This document shows, one piece after another, positions 20,857 through 33,892 of a stretch of 64,000 nucleotides of DNA. Source of the stretch: Naegleria gruberi (lineage: Eukaryota); assembly GCA_000004985.1 (NCBI GenBank), contig GG738906.1, one strand, 5' to 3'. Position numbers and translations under genes: made by a program. The first letter of the stretch is position 1; each line of letters starts with the position of its first letter. The notes under the pieces were generated by a model. It worked only from the letters and a program-made list of their open reading frames with translations. It made no database searches and was not told where the DNA came from.

Positions 20857-22528
20857 ATGCCATTATCAAATAAGCGGGGATCAGGCACCCTTGATTACTA
20901 TGTTTCGATGGCCACAAAAGGAGGAGAGGATGCAAAGCTTGAAAGTAGTAAAATTTTTCTTGAACTTTCGGAGGAGAGTAAGTATGAAATTAACATTTAC
21001 TAATTTAAAATAGAGAAATTTGCACTTGTTGTTGATGCAGTAGATGCCCTCTTTCATCTAATTGAAACAAGTGAAAATGTGGAAATTATTAAAAATTCGT
21101 TGATGACAATGGTAAATCTTTGCAAAGAAAAGGCTCAGGTTGATTACTTGATTGCTGAAAAAAATTGTTTCAGACGTCTGGCATCTGCAGTATCTTTCCA
21201 TAATGTTCCTTGTCAAATTCTTGCAACAAGATGCATTGGATTATTAGCAAAATATCCTACAAGTGGAATCAGATTTGTAAGTGATGGAGGGTTGTTACCT
21301 ATATTATGTTCCCTTAAACCAGACCAAAATACGGAAATGTTAATAGAAATTTGTAAAACTCTAGCTACATGTAATATAAGAGGTGAGTTTTAAACAATTT
21401 AAAGGTTTTTAACAATATGTAGGAGAATGTGCAACAAGAATTGTGGAAGTTTGGGGATTGGAGTCTCTGGGAGAGCTAATTTCAAAATTTATCAGAGGAA
21501 AGGATTCAAAATCAGTAAAGATACTAACCCACCTTTCGTTGGTATTGTCTAACCTATCTCGTTTTAAAAGTATTGGGGCGAACATGTTTAAAAATGAAAA
21601 ACTTCAATTAATTAATATTCTAACAAATATTTTGAGTGCATCTCATGTCACTATGGAAGCTAAGAGGGCCGCAGCAAAAACTTGCTACAATCTTGTAAAT
21701 AATCAATATATTAATGACAGTATTGTTGTAGATGAAGTACTGATATCACTATTAATGAGAAAGCATTTTGAAACGGATTATCTGTTCAAACATACTGTTG
21801 TAAAGACTCTCGATTGTGCTGTGAAGGAATGTATTGAATTGAAGAAGGAGGAATTAATGATTAGGATTATAAAAAAGTATCAAAGTTTGAGCTTTACAGA
21901 ATGGATAATCAACTCTATTGGATGTGATAACGTTCAAATTATAGTACTAAAAGTTTTTATTGCAAGTAAGTGGGCAGTACATGATAATGAAAATATGTTC
22001 AGTAATACCTTTCTCCACTCTCTATTAGTTTGTATGCGAGAAACTATTAGTACAACAGTAAGGAGGGTTTGTGATGAAGTTCTCTATCAGTTTTGCAATA
22101 TGGAAAGGTTTAAAAAAGAGATTATTGAATATAGAGGTGTAGATATTCTAATTCCCCAATTGACCTTTAAGGAAATCAAATCAAAGCTTTGGGGAGTTAA
22201 GGCATTAGCTAGGATAATGACAAATAGAGATTATGCTTTGAGTTTCGTAAAAAATTATGGTATTGTTAAACCAGCTGTAAAATGTTTCATGATAACTCCA
22301 GCAAAATCACTAGAATATCAAGATATTTTTATGAGTACCCTACTAATAATATCTGCTATTTCTGAAACAACAGAATTTAGAGAACATTTTCTTCAATCTG
22401 GTGCTATCAACAAACTACTGGATATATTGGAAAGAGCCGATCGATCTGAGCATAGGACATTAATCTATTGCCTTAATATTATTATTGCGTATGTAAATAG
22501 TGGTAAGTTATTATTGGAAAATCATTAA
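20857..22528 (+). CDS. Armadillo/HEAT-repeat protein. Three exons, join(20857..20977,21014..21382,21423..22528).
   Basis: Introns are 36 and 40 nt (GTAAGT...TAG and GTGAGT...TAG). ARM-like repeats are visible (LIAEKNCFRRLASAVSFHNVPCQILATRCIGLLAKYP, GGLLPILCSLK). A GGTAAGT donor-like site lies 27 nt before the stop, so a longer spliced isoform reaching the downstream ORF is possible. Confidence 0.6.
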
Positions 22529-22844
22529 AAATTTAACTTGAATGATAGCAAACTACGAAAGCTCTGGTAATGCAAACTTGAAAATTGTAAGTGAGAAGAG
22601 ATTATGTAGGGTTATTGAAAATGTTACCTCAAACGATTTTTCATTATCTGGACGAGTGGTCTTGTTAATTCAAGCCTACTCACAGCATTGTATGTTTTGA
22701 TTTTGATTTTTTGAATTAATTATTTAATTAGCCAATTCTCCAATATTCGATTTTTGGAATATACTCTACAACAAAGCTCTTGAGGTAATTAGATGCAATG
22801 AAGATTACAACAGCTATTTATATCAGAGAATAACTTGTTTTCAA

Positions 22845-24062
22845 ATGCTTACATCTATTCTTTGTAAACCATATATTTTTTCAAATTTAAACCCAGAAAT
22901 AATCATTAATCATTATCTCAATATTTTTTCAAAGAGTAATCCTTTGAGTTATTTGAAAGAAACATCAGCTAAAGGACTTCTCTACTTTTGTAAGCAAACA
23001 CCGTCAGTATTTAGATCTATTCTTTTGGAATATGAGGAAGATTTAGTAGCTAGTCATAAGGAATTTTCATTTGGAAACAATACTTGTTTCTCCAATGTTG
23101 GGTCATTCAGAGAATTTTTAACTAGATATCTTATCTTTTTTAAAAAGGAAAAGGCAAAGAAAATAAGACGATATTTAATTTTGACTAGAATTCAGAGATT
23201 TCTATTGTTTCTTCTAGCATTTGTTAGAAGTAAGAATGAAAATGCACAATTTGTGGACACGCTAATTAGTCAAGCTAGTTCAAAATATTTGAAGATGGAA
23301 GGGGAAAAGAGAACTATAAATCCTTTGATGTATATACCTCTTGCCCACAAGCATCACTATGATATTGACACAGCTTTGATTGGACAAACCATACCATTCC
23401 AACCATCCAGCAATGATACACAAAAACGATTGAAAGAATTGGTTCTCCAAAAGTACTCTAATACTACCCCTTCAAATAGTCCCCTTAATAGAAGAAGATC
23501 AAATTCAGGATTCAGTTTTGGAACAAGAAGTTCTTCGATGTGCTCGACCCATAGTCCAGTTATTCTCATGGGTGACAAGTTTAGCTCAAATAATTGTATT
23601 ACGGATGAATCAATATTCTCACTAGGCAGTACTGGAGAGTTTGGCTTAACGGTCCAAAGTAATATCAAAAAAACTCAAAAGAAAGATTCAAGTCATTCCC
23701 CTACACCTACTGTATCGCTATTAGAAATGTGGCAAGATGAATACGGAACTAAAGAGATTCTTCGGGAAACAAACTTTAAGAGTTTTAGAACTGGTTCAAG
23801 CTCTTCAACATTGCCACATATAAACTCGATGAGTACATCGACAACACCAATCCCTCACCAAACCAACAACAACAGATCACATGCTCAACGGCCAGCATCT
23901 GCTCTCTCATACAGCAAGCCAAGGAAAGAAGTGACCGATTTGAATCCAGAATTGGAACGAAGATATCTGAACAAGAGCAAAGAAATGGGAATCATTAAGC
24001 AGGGTACTACTTTCCCTTTCGAAAATCTTCTTTCTTCCAAATACAAGCAGATATTAAAATAG
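22845..24062 (+). CDS. Hypothetical protein with a Ser-rich C-terminus. This is the source of the fragment duplicated at 33893..33990.
   Basis: The ORF is 405 aa with no recognisable domain. The C-terminal half is S/T/N-rich (RRRSNSGFSFGTRSSSMCSTHSP). It may have additional 5' exons or be fused with the upstream ARM gene. Confidence 0.4.
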   Translation: MLTSILCKPYIFSNLNPEIIINHYLNIFSKSNPLSYLKETSAKGLLYFCKQTPSVFRSILLEYEEDLVASHKEFSFGNNTCFSNVGSFREFLTRYLIFFKKEKAKKIRRYLILTRIQRFLLFLLAFVRSKNENAQFVDTLISQASSKYLKMEGEKRTINPLMYIPLAHKHHYDIDTALIGQTIPFQPSSNDTQKRLKELVLQKYSNTTPSNSPLNRRRSNSGFSFGTRSSSMCSTHSPVILMGDKFSSNNCITDESIFSLGSTGEFGLTVQSNIKKTQKKDSSHSPTPTVSLLEMWQDEYGTKEILRETNFKSFRTGSSSSTLPHINSMSTSTTPIPHQTNNNRSHAQRPASALSYSKPRKEVTDLNPELERRYLNKSKEMGIIKQGTTFPFENLLSSKYKQILK

Positions 24063-24089
24063 TTCCTATTAATAAAACTATGTACAAGG

Positions 24090-24101
24090 TTTGGCGGGAA
24101 A
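24090..24101. promoter_or_regulatory. Canonical E2F site TTTGGCGGGAAA 15 bp upstream of the CEP290-like ATG
   Basis: The sequence is a perfect match to TTTGGCGGGAAA. Confidence 0.4.
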
Positions 24102-24116
24102 TAAAAAAAGAAAAAA

Positions 24117-27100
24117 ATGGACACTATAAAGATTGAGCCAAAGCTCATAGATATCAATTCTGAAACGTATTGGGGTATGATAGATAGGTTGTATGCTCAA
24201 TGTGAGAGAGCTATGGTAAGTAAATTACATAATTATAAGATTCCGAATGGTTTTATCATTACAGGATAACGGTTATATTGAAGAAAACAAAGCTGGTAGT
24301 TTTGAAGACTTTTTTCCAAAGCTGCTGCAACTCCAAGTTCCTGTTCTTGAGGGAACATCAATTGATGACCTTATAAAATTATTCTACGTTACACAAATGT
24401 CATTGGAGTAGGTATTCAAAAATTATTGAGTGATAATTATGTAAAAGAATTTCGCAGGATAGGGAGAAATCTTCAGAAGGGGAAATAATGGAGTTGGAAA
24501 AACAAAGTAAGAAAATACAAAAAGAATTGGAAAATGAAGTGAGGAGTCATCAAGATACAAAATCGTTACAGGAACAACAAACAGTTACAATTTCTAACAT
24601 GGAAAGAAGTGTTAGAGAAGCTAATGAAAAAATCAAACGACTACAAAGTGAAGTAAATGAACTCAATGTGCAAAATAAGGATTTGGATTTGAGACTTAAA
24701 ACTGACATGGATCAAAATGTAAAAAGTAAAAAGGGAATTGAACGAGCTCAAGAAGAAAGACAAAATTTACTATATGAAATCAAAGCGTTAGATGAAAAAT
24801 TAAGAAATGCAACAAAGGTTAACGAGAGAAAAACTAAAGATATGGAAGAAATGACAACAAAAATAACAAAGTAAGTGATTTTAGAAATGTGAATTGTTCA
24901 AACCAATCTAGTTTCGAGAGAGACCTCCAAGAAAGTAAGATTCTCACAAGAGAAATGAGTAGAACAAACAAGAAATTAGAGGAAGAATTGGACATTTTAA
25001 GATCAAACATTGTTGAGCTTGAAAAGGAGAAACAATCCATCACTTCAGCAGTACAGAAAAAAGTTAAAACTTTGGAAGAACACTCTTCAAATAGTACTAA
25101 TGAAATCAAAGAGCTTCAGACATATATTTCCCAACTCGAAAGAGATTTGAATATTGAGAAGGAGAAATTTGAAAAAGTTCAACTGCTGTCATCAGATAAT
25201 GAATCCAGGATTACAGAACTAGAAGAAAAGATCTATCAAAAGGAAGCAATTATTTACAAGTTAGAAAACGAAATTGAGGAGATTCATCATCAGCACCAAG
25301 TTCAGAGTCAAGGAAAAGTTGATTCGGATGGAAGAAGCGAGGGTGAAAACACCTCTATTAATCAGATCAACACATATCAGGAGCAAATACGAAAACTCAA
25401 TTCACAATTAGAAGCTATCACCTCGACTCTGGACGAAACAGTTTCTGAAAGTGCAAGAAAATCTAAAACTGTTGAAGAGTTGACAAAGAGTGTGTCCGAC
25501 AGAGAGAATGAGGTGGCCACAATCAAAGCAAAATTACGTGAATATGAAAAAGGTGTTTCAGGTCTAGATCAAGCCTTGAAAGAAATTAGATATTTACGAG
25601 AGCAAATATCTCTAAGAGATAAGGATATAGAGGAGTATAAAACTAAGCTTAACACTTATATTATGGGAATACAAGAATACGAAGAAGACAACAAGTATTT
25701 GAGGAACAAGCTGGGAATACCACTGAATGAAAATTTGAAAAAGTATGCTCTTAAAAACTTTGCTGAAATTCAAATACAGACAGATACTATACCTCCCGAA
25801 ATTATTGAAAAAGAGGTTGTGAAAGAAGTTATTAAGGAAGTCCCAGTTGTAAAGTATGTTCAAAAGGATGCTCATAAACCAAAGGCAATTGATAAATCGG
25901 TACAGGTACAGATAGTACTACACCCAACAACCCCACCACCACCAATACAGAAAGTTGAAACCGTAACCAGCCAAAGAAATGTAGAAACAAATAATACCGA
26001 ATCTCAAACTGAAAATAACTATAGAAACTCTCAGACGCAAACATTAATTGTAAATGATACCCAAAATGAAGATCTTATTGCAAATTTGAGAAGAAAGATT
26101 GCCTATCTGGAATCACTATTATCTGCTACTGCTAACACAAGAGAAAATTGTTGCCAGACTATTCAATACGAGGAAGAGCCTCGAATTAATCATGAAGCTC
26201 TCGAATTGAGGAAAATTATTTTGGAGAGAGAAGAATACTATAAAAATATTATCAAAAAATTGAATGAGGCCATCGAGAAACTTAAATCCAACAATGAATC
26301 CCTCATAGAAGATGCAACAAAAATACAGACATATTATCATGGAGAGCATTCAGTCTTGGAAAGTACAATAGATGTAGTGAAAAGAGAGTCAGAAAAACGA
26401 ATGGCGGATATGAATGAGGAAATACAATTCCTCAATAATGAGATTTCAAGGTTGCAATCTGCGCTTAAAAGTGAAATTTTAGAAAAGAGAAGTTTACAAG
26501 ATGAGAAAAAACAAACGGATGTTGTAATTTCACAACTTCAATCTTCAAATTCAGACAAGGATTCTCAACTTGGAAAGTTACAACATCGTTTGGAGAGTTA
26601 TAGAGTTTCTTGCAAATCAATGGAAAGAAGTTTGGAAGAAAAAATAGACACCATCGAGGAATTAACACTAGCTAAACTCAAACTTGAAAATAAGATCAAG
26701 AGTTTGGAATCAAAATTAAAAGAAACTGAAGAAAAATTAGAAGCATTTACCGACCATACAAGATTACTTCTAGAAAAGGAAGCTATTATAGAGAATTTAA
26801 TCCTAGATAAGGACCAGATTGTGCATGAACATGAGGTTGACCTTGAATCAATTAACAAGTTCTCTGAAAATATGAAAAAAACAATAGAAAATTTGAATGA
26901 AATGCTTGACCAAAAAGAGACCACCATACGGGAGTATGAGCAGAAAATAAATGAAATAAGAGAAGAACACATGAAAGACAAGTTTGAATCACAACAAGAA
27001 TTGTCTAGACTCCAATCAAGACTTAATAATGACAACAGTGATCTCTTGCAAAACTTGAAGAAGAATATTAAGAAAATAGAAAATCAGGAAGAACCTGAAA

Positions 27101-28894
27101 TTCCACCAGAGGCTGGGTAAGTTGTTTGCTTTCTTTTAAATTTCAATTATTAAGAGTTCGTATTGAGGAGGTGGAGGAAATGATTGCAGCAAAGACAAAT
27201 GATATTAAAATATTAACAGGAAGAATTTCAAGATTAGAGAATCTACTCAAGGAAAAAGATGTAATGCTACATGAGGCTATGAAGACTGTAAGTACATAAT
27301 TACTAATTAAGAACTTAACATTTTCCAGTTTGATGAGATGAAGTCAAGACTAGATCAAGAAATTGAGGAGCACAAACAAGCAGCAAATGAAATGCATATT
27401 CAGCTCATCTCAGAACGAGACGAGTGCCAAAAACTTAAGAGACAACTCTCTGAACATGCAATGAAAAAGCAGCTCACTCTCCAACAAAAAAAGATGGAAA
27501 AACTCAACCAACAAAAGGAAAATCTTGAACAAACTGTTAAAAACATTTCCAACAAGCTAGTCAAGGCAGAAGAAAAAATAATGGCTTTCGAACTCCACAA
27601 AACTAATGTGGATAAATTTGAAATAGAGAGACTCAAAAGAAAAGAGGAAAAACTCCAAGAAAAGCTCCAAGACCAACTCAAAACCAGCATCAACCAAAAT
27701 ACGCACTACCAAGTTGTAACCGAGAATCAAAAACTGAAAAGCAAGTTAGAAGAACTTTCAAAGAAAGAAGAAATTTTAAACAAAGATAGGCAGGAATGGA
27801 CCAAAAAGTTAGAGGAAATAGGAAAGGAACTTGATGAAACAAAAAAGGGTAGACAAGAAAAAGCAAACAAGATCATTGACCTTCAAAAAGAAATACAGGT
27901 CCATATCAAAGCAAAAAAAGCCCTAAAAATTGAACTTGAAAAACTACAAAAGGAGAATGAAGAGCTCTCAAAAACAAAAGTTGGATTCCACGAAGAAAAG
28001 AAATTGCATAGCCAACAAGTATCTAAATTAATGAAAAAGTATAGTGAACTTCAAGAGGAAAAAAACAGAATATCTGATGAACTAGGAAATGTAAAGAAAG
28101 AACTTTCAGAGCTTTCAAGTGATAAAGAAATAGAGAAGAGACATGCAATTGAAAAGGTGAGAGTTGAATATCAGAAAATGTTGAATAATGCCAATTCTGA
28201 AATTGATAGATTGAGAAAAGAAAAAGAAGTAGTTGAATTGGATAATAATGAAAACAAAGAGTTCCTCGAGAAGAAACAACAAGAAATGTATGGAAACATC
28301 TCCAAAGCACTCAAGGAGAAAGATGACGCTCTTAAAGAAAAAAACAAGCTTGTAGGTGAAACAAAGGAGCTTCGAAAAGAAAATGAGGAGCTAAAGAATG
28401 CTCTCACTACACTGCAGCAAGAAATATCTGAAATAAGTAAGGAGAAAGATTTAGAAAGAAAAAGAGCAGTAGAAAAAGTTAAACAAGAATACCAAAAACA
28501 ATTACTTCAAACTAATTCAGAAATTGATAAGATGAAAAAAGAAAAAGAAGTAAGTGAACAAGAGGAACAAAAATCATCTGCCAAACTGAAAAGTCAACAA
28601 TATTTTGAAAGAAAACAACAGGAAATGTCTTTAAATTTATCCAAAGCTCTTAGAGAAAAGGAGGAAGCTATCAAGGAGAGAAACAAGCTTCTCAATGAAG
28701 CTAAGGAGTTGAGAACCGAAAATGAAGAATTGAAAAACGAGTTGAATGCATTTGATCCAGAATTTTTCGAAGACATTGAAGATCTAAAATATAATTATGT
28801 TCAAGCATTAGAAGAGAACAAATTGTTCAGGAAGAAACTCCAAGAATTAAATGTTTCAATAGAGGAGGATATTCCCAAAAGAAGAGGAAGATAA
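24117..28894 (+). CDS. CEP290: CEP290 homolog (centrosomal/ciliary transition-zone coiled-coil protein). Multi-exon with at least six exons, including 24117..~24215, ~24265..~24410, ~24461..24871, 24912..27116, ~27153..~27289 and ~27331..28894.
   Basis: In-frame joins occur across short GTAAGT/GTAGGT...AG introns of 40-50 nt. The protein is almost entirely heptad coiled coil. The C-terminal motif ELKNELNAFDPEFFEDIEDLKYNYVQALEENKLFRKKLQEL matches the conserved CEP290 C-terminus (ELENFDPSFFEEIEDLKYNYKEEVKKNILLEEKVKKL). At about 1500 aa it is shorter than the ~2480-aa human protein. Confidence 0.7.
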
Positions 28895-28909
28895 TCATTA
28901 CCAATTAAA

Positions 28910-29992
28910 TTACTTTCTTTCTATCTCTATTTTAATATCCCAAAATGCCTTAATAAGTGAATCAAGAGCTTTCTTTTCTCTATCGTTCAATCTATCGATA
29001 AGAGGTTTGAATTTTTCTGGATGTTTCTTATAGACTTTAAAGTGTGTCAAAATTTCTTTAAATACATGGGCAACGAGATCATCATCAAAAACCTGCATTT
29101 CCTTCTCTTTTTCCTTTTTGTGGTCCTCTCTTTCTCTGTCTTTGAGTCTTTTAGTCATTTTGTCTGGGGTGTAATCTCTAAATAAAATATCAAGAAATAG
29201 AGATTGGTCCGATTCTGATAACTTTTCACATAATTGCAGTAATTGTTGAGGATTTTGGGTGTAGTGAATTAAATTACCCTCAAAAATTTGCAGAGCCTCT
29301 TTCACAGAATCTGAAGCATTTTCTAATAACTTTTTTGTTACACTCTCATCACCAATATTATCCAAATCATCTTCCAGATCATCTTCAGTCAAGTTTTTCC
29401 ATATTTTAGAATTAATATCACTCCCAATCATGGCTGTATTTTTTACAGCTTCTATAACTTGAGGATCATTGTTAAAATATTTAATTGCATCATCAGGTTC
29501 TTTTTGTAATAAATCCATCAATGAAGACAACTCGTTTGGAAGTAATTTTGATATGAAATGGTCGGCTGCGTTCTTGTCTGTAATCATGGATTGTCCTGAT
29601 TTTAATAATTCAATATAAATTTGTTTCAGTTTAGATTTGGTCACATTTTGTTTGTCTTGTGTGAGAGTATTTAAATTTTTGAATTCTTGAAGTAATTGTT
29701 GTTTAAATTCTTCATCATCTGATAAATCATCAAATACATCATCCGAGTCATCGGAATCATTTAAAAATCCTTTTGAAGAAAGATCCTTAGCAAGTTTTTG
29801 TGTAAGTAAATCAACAGTTTTAGTGTCAATTTCGGAAATTTCTTCATCATCAAATTTTAGAGTGCTACTTGTTGATTTTGATCCTAAAGATTTTTTTTCT
29901 GCGTTTGAATCTCTATTCTTCTCCTTGTTGAGTGATTCCATCAGATTTTGCATAAAAGAATCCGAAGGATTGTTGTTCAACCTTTTGCTCAT
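28910..29992 (-). CDS. Acidic D/E/S-rich protein of unknown function
   Basis: The ORF is 360 aa and includes DSDDSDDVFDDLSDDEEFKQQLL. No recognisable catalytic motifs are present. It shares a ~100-bp divergent promoter with the next gene. Confidence 0.4.
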   Translation of the reverse strand: MSKRLNNNPSDSFMQNLMESLNKEKNRDSNAEKKSLGSKSTSSTLKFDDEEISEIDTKTVDLLTQKLAKDLSSKGFLNDSDDSDDVFDDLSDDEEFKQQLLQEFKNLNTLTQDKQNVTKSKLKQIYIELLKSGQSMITDKNAADHFISKLLPNELSSLMDLLQKEPDDAIKYFNNDPQVIEAVKNTAMIGSDINSKIWKNLTEDDLEDDLDNIGDESVTKKLLENASDSVKEALQIFEGNLIHYTQNPQQLLQLCEKLSESDQSLFLDILFRDYTPDKMTKRLKDREREDHKKEKEKEMQVFDDDLVAHVFKEILTHFKVYKKHPEKFKPLIDRLNDREKKALDSLIKAFWDIKIEIERK

Positions 29993-30004
29993 TTTTTTGG
30001 TTCG

Positions 30005-30014
30005 TTTTCCCGCC
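30005..30014. promoter_or_regulatory. E2F-like TTTTCCCGCC in the divergent promoter between 28910..29992(-) and 30092..(+)
   Basis: The motif is the reverse complement of GGCGGGAAAA. Confidence 0.35.
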
Positions 30015-30091
30015 TTGTTTTTTCGTTTTCATTTTTTGATTCTTTTGCAGCAGTTACCTGAAAACTACAGCAAAAATCCAGATTAAAAAAA

Positions 30092-33000
30092 ATGAGCTTA
30101 GAAGCCTCCCTACTCTCTAAGAAGATTACTCTTTCTCCGAGAGTAAATTCTGATGAGAAGGATTTCTTTTCGGAAGATTATGGAGAGGAATTCGAAAAGC
30201 CAATTATTATGCAAGAGGAGATATTATTGGATGGGAATAATAGTAATTTTTTTGATTTTAAACCAAATCAAGAAGAGGATCAAGTTCTAATTCCAAAATA
30301 TAAAAAAAACAGAAATGCAATACCAGGCAAATCAATTGAGTTACAAGGAGTAGATAATAGTAAACTAGTCAGGGGTAAGGATACCATTGAAAAAATTAAA
30401 CGAAAGCACAATATTGCAAAAAATACTTCTCCCCTTAGGCCTAGAGTCACTTCTCAAACACCTGATCCTATTCCCCAACAAAATTCAATTGTACATGTCC
30501 CATTGAGTGAATTTTCAGCAACACGGTTAGAAGTTCATTTGCCACAGTCACTAAATCAAAAAACTAAACCTGTCAAACATCTTATAAATAACCAAGAAGA
30601 AATGATTAGTATTGAGGTTGTTAAAGATGTTTATGCATCCTATATGAGTGAATCAAATTACGAAAACGATGATGAATATGTTATTAATATTACTAAGGAC
30701 GATAGTTCCACAGTTTCAAGTGGTAGTGAAGTTGGAGGTGACAACTTTGAAATAATCAAAAGCAAAGTGTCAATCCAACCAGATTATTCGACTGTAAAAA
30801 TGGAAACAAAACAGATTATGGAGGAGGAAATTAAAACTATGAAAAATATGAAAAAAAAGGTACCCTCAATTGCAACTCAACAATTGGATTTTTTTAAACG
30901 AAAGAGCAGAGATCTTTTTACAGACAACTTTAAAGACTCATCATTCAAGAAAAAGAATTATTCCCAGGTAAAGAGCAAGGTAAATTCAATGTTATATACT
31001 TCTGACGAGGAAAACGAGGATATAGATATAGAAAGAAGAGATGACTCCCAACTTTCAATTAAACTGCCTTTTCTTGACAAGAAGAAAAAGAAGAGAAAGA
31101 CAAAGACAGATTTGACTCCAGAAAAAGTACCAAAACCAGAACTCACAACAACATTCAGTGTTCAATCATTTTCAGAGTTTGAAGAAGTTGATTTTTTCGA
31201 TGGAAACGAGGATATGGGAATTGTTGACGATGTCATTAAAGCAGCAAGTGCTCGAGGGTGTTCCAATCTCCCAAAAACAAAAATCCCAAAAAAATATCAC
31301 ATCATTGAAACAACCCCAATAGCTACAAGAGATGAATTAGACAAGAATTCACAATATAATATCGAGAAAAAACTATGGGAAACAACTTTATTTCCCTCCA
31401 ACAAACCAACATCTAGAATTGAGGTTGTTCAACTGGCTAGAACTTTTGAACAGATGCTTTCTGAATTGAAAGAAAAGAAGAAGGATGAGGCATCAGAAGT
31501 TAACGAGGAAATAACGATATTGGATGTGATAGCATCAGAAATATCAAGACAAATAAGTGGACAATGTGCTGAAAGAGGTATTCTTCTGGATAAACTCGTT
31601 TCGAGATTCAAAAGATTAACTTCAAAATCAACAAAGATAAGCAAAGAAGCTGCTAGTAAACTAGAAGATATACAAGCTAGAGAAAAGCAAGTTAATTCTA
31701 TGGTTGATTTTTATACAGATTTGGCTAAATCGAAAGAAGACCAATTAGCAAAGAAGGAAGAAGAAATAATAGAACTATTGGATCAAATTGAGCGCCTTAA
31801 ATCACAACTAAGACAAACAAAAAAGGGAATACATGCAATGACAAGTGAATATTTTCAAGAAAGAATTCGACAAGAAATGGTATCCAAAAGTTTGCAGGTA
31901 ACTCCAAGAGAAAACCCTAACTATATCATGGAACCAATTAAGATACCAACACCAAGAATAATAGAAGAAGAACTGAAAGAAAGTCTTTCTCATTCAAATA
32001 TTGAAAAGAAAAAAATTCAAACTGAAGAAAGATCTGTAAATACCCCAACAATTGAGGGAATCAGTTTGGATAGCATTAAGGAGATTGAGAGATTTAATTC
32101 TCTATTTGTTAAAACCCAAGTTGAAGAGGATGAAGTAGATATTTTCCAAAGGCACAAACCTAAACCAAAACCAGAACCAAAACCACCTCAAGAAGTACTC
32201 AAAGCAAAAACAAAAGAAAAGGAAACTCAAACAGCCCCCGTTATCATGAAAAAACCAGAAGCTGAAAAACCCGTTCATTCACCTCGTACTGTTTATGAAA
32301 CAAAGTACAAACAAGGATCCATTAGAGACAAAGCAGTGCAGGTAATAACAGCAATTAAACCACCTACACCTCCACCTCCACCTGTAGTTGTTGTTCAACC
32401 AAAACCTGTTCAAATACTCCCTCCTCAACCTCCACCTGTTGTTGTTGCAAGTGTATCAACCCAAACATTCCTTGCAGGAGAGGTAATTAAACCCTCTACA
32501 GAACGTCAGAAATCTGAATCTGAAAGAAATCCATCTCCAACAACTATCAGATCTGTTTCACCTGTTATCTCCCAAATGAGGTCAAGTTTGGACAAAAATG
32601 AGGTTATCAAGAAGAGAATAGATAGTAACGTAAATTCGCAACCAGAATCAAGAAATAGTAAGAGAGATAGCATCGACTTTTTAAAGTACAAGATGAAACT
32701 TGTAAAGCCAGAAGATATCTATAGTCTTTTCAAGGAAATCTTAAGCTCTGATAAGAGTGTGAGAAAACAAACATTGAGATGGATGAACAAGATGATTTTG
32801 GATATTTTTTTGGAATTATCAGCTAGTGATTTTTTATTCCATAATAATGAGCTAGTTCTGATTAGAAAATTTGTTTATGATTTCTTCCTTCTAAAATTTG
32901 GTTTACCCACAATTGCTTTAAATGTAAGTTAAATATTTTAGTCACATTCACAAAGGATTAATTAGCATTTGGCAGAGTTTTTGATTAATATTAAAAGCAA

Positions 33001-33892
33001 ATTTAGGGAGAGTATTAGAGTTCAAATGTTTACGCAGTATTGTGTATTATCTGAATGGATTGGTAAAAATATTTCACCAGAATATACAATTCCTACTCTC
33101 CAATTTTACTTGTAAGTATACATGATGCTTTCTACAAACTAACTTGCAAACAGAAAGGTATTAAATTTTACCAGAGGTGTTCTCAACAAGAGAGCTTTAC
33201 ACGAGTTAGAAGATGGTTCGCTTTTTGTTTCACTTTCTTTTGTACATAATTTAATGGAACGAATGCAACTACCTCTTCAAATGGACGAATTGCAAGAATT
33301 TATTATCCAAATCAAGGAACAATCTGAAGATAATTTGTAAGTTTTATGAATAGTTTTATTGATTATTATATATAGCGTGTATTTTGATTATTTGCTTAAA
33401 TTATTGATTGAGTTATATCACAATAAGGTGATTATTAAAAAACGAAAATTGGCACCAGCAGCACATGACTCTATTGGAAACAAACAGGCTGCAAAACCAC
33501 AAAACCAACAAATATCGATAACAATTTCTTCCTTTAAGAAAATGCTTAAAACTTATTTCAAAAAACTCTACATAGTACGAGATAGAATTGCAGGTCCAAA
33601 CGAATTTATTACAAAGAATGAAAAAATATCAAAGTCCAATCTATTAGAAGTTTATCACCAAACAACAACTATTTTCCATGAATTGATTGAAAAACGAGTG
33701 AAAGAAGAAGAAAGATTCAGAGTATTACAATCACACAATAATCTTTGGTCAACTTTGGAAAGACAAAACTTAGAGGATGGCATGAATTCATATAGAATGT
33801 TTGTCATAGATGCACTTTCCAATATGCACGATGAAACCTTCAAAGTGTTTGCGATTATGATTCAAAAACTTGTTCCTGTTGTTGGTAAATAA
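30092..33892 (+). CDS. Large multi-exon gene (>1150 aa) for a protein with a K/E/P-rich low-complexity body and a conserved C-terminal domain. Exons: 30092..32929, ~32983..~33117, ~33165..~33346, ~33389..33892.
   Basis: The long ORF 30092..32932 runs into a GTAAGT donor. Three further exons join in frame through introns of 40-55 nt (one has an ACTAAC branch site) and end at the TAA at 33890. The body contains PKPKPEPKPP and PPTPPPPPVVVVQPKPVQILPPQPPPVVV. The family could not be assigned. Confidence 0.5.
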
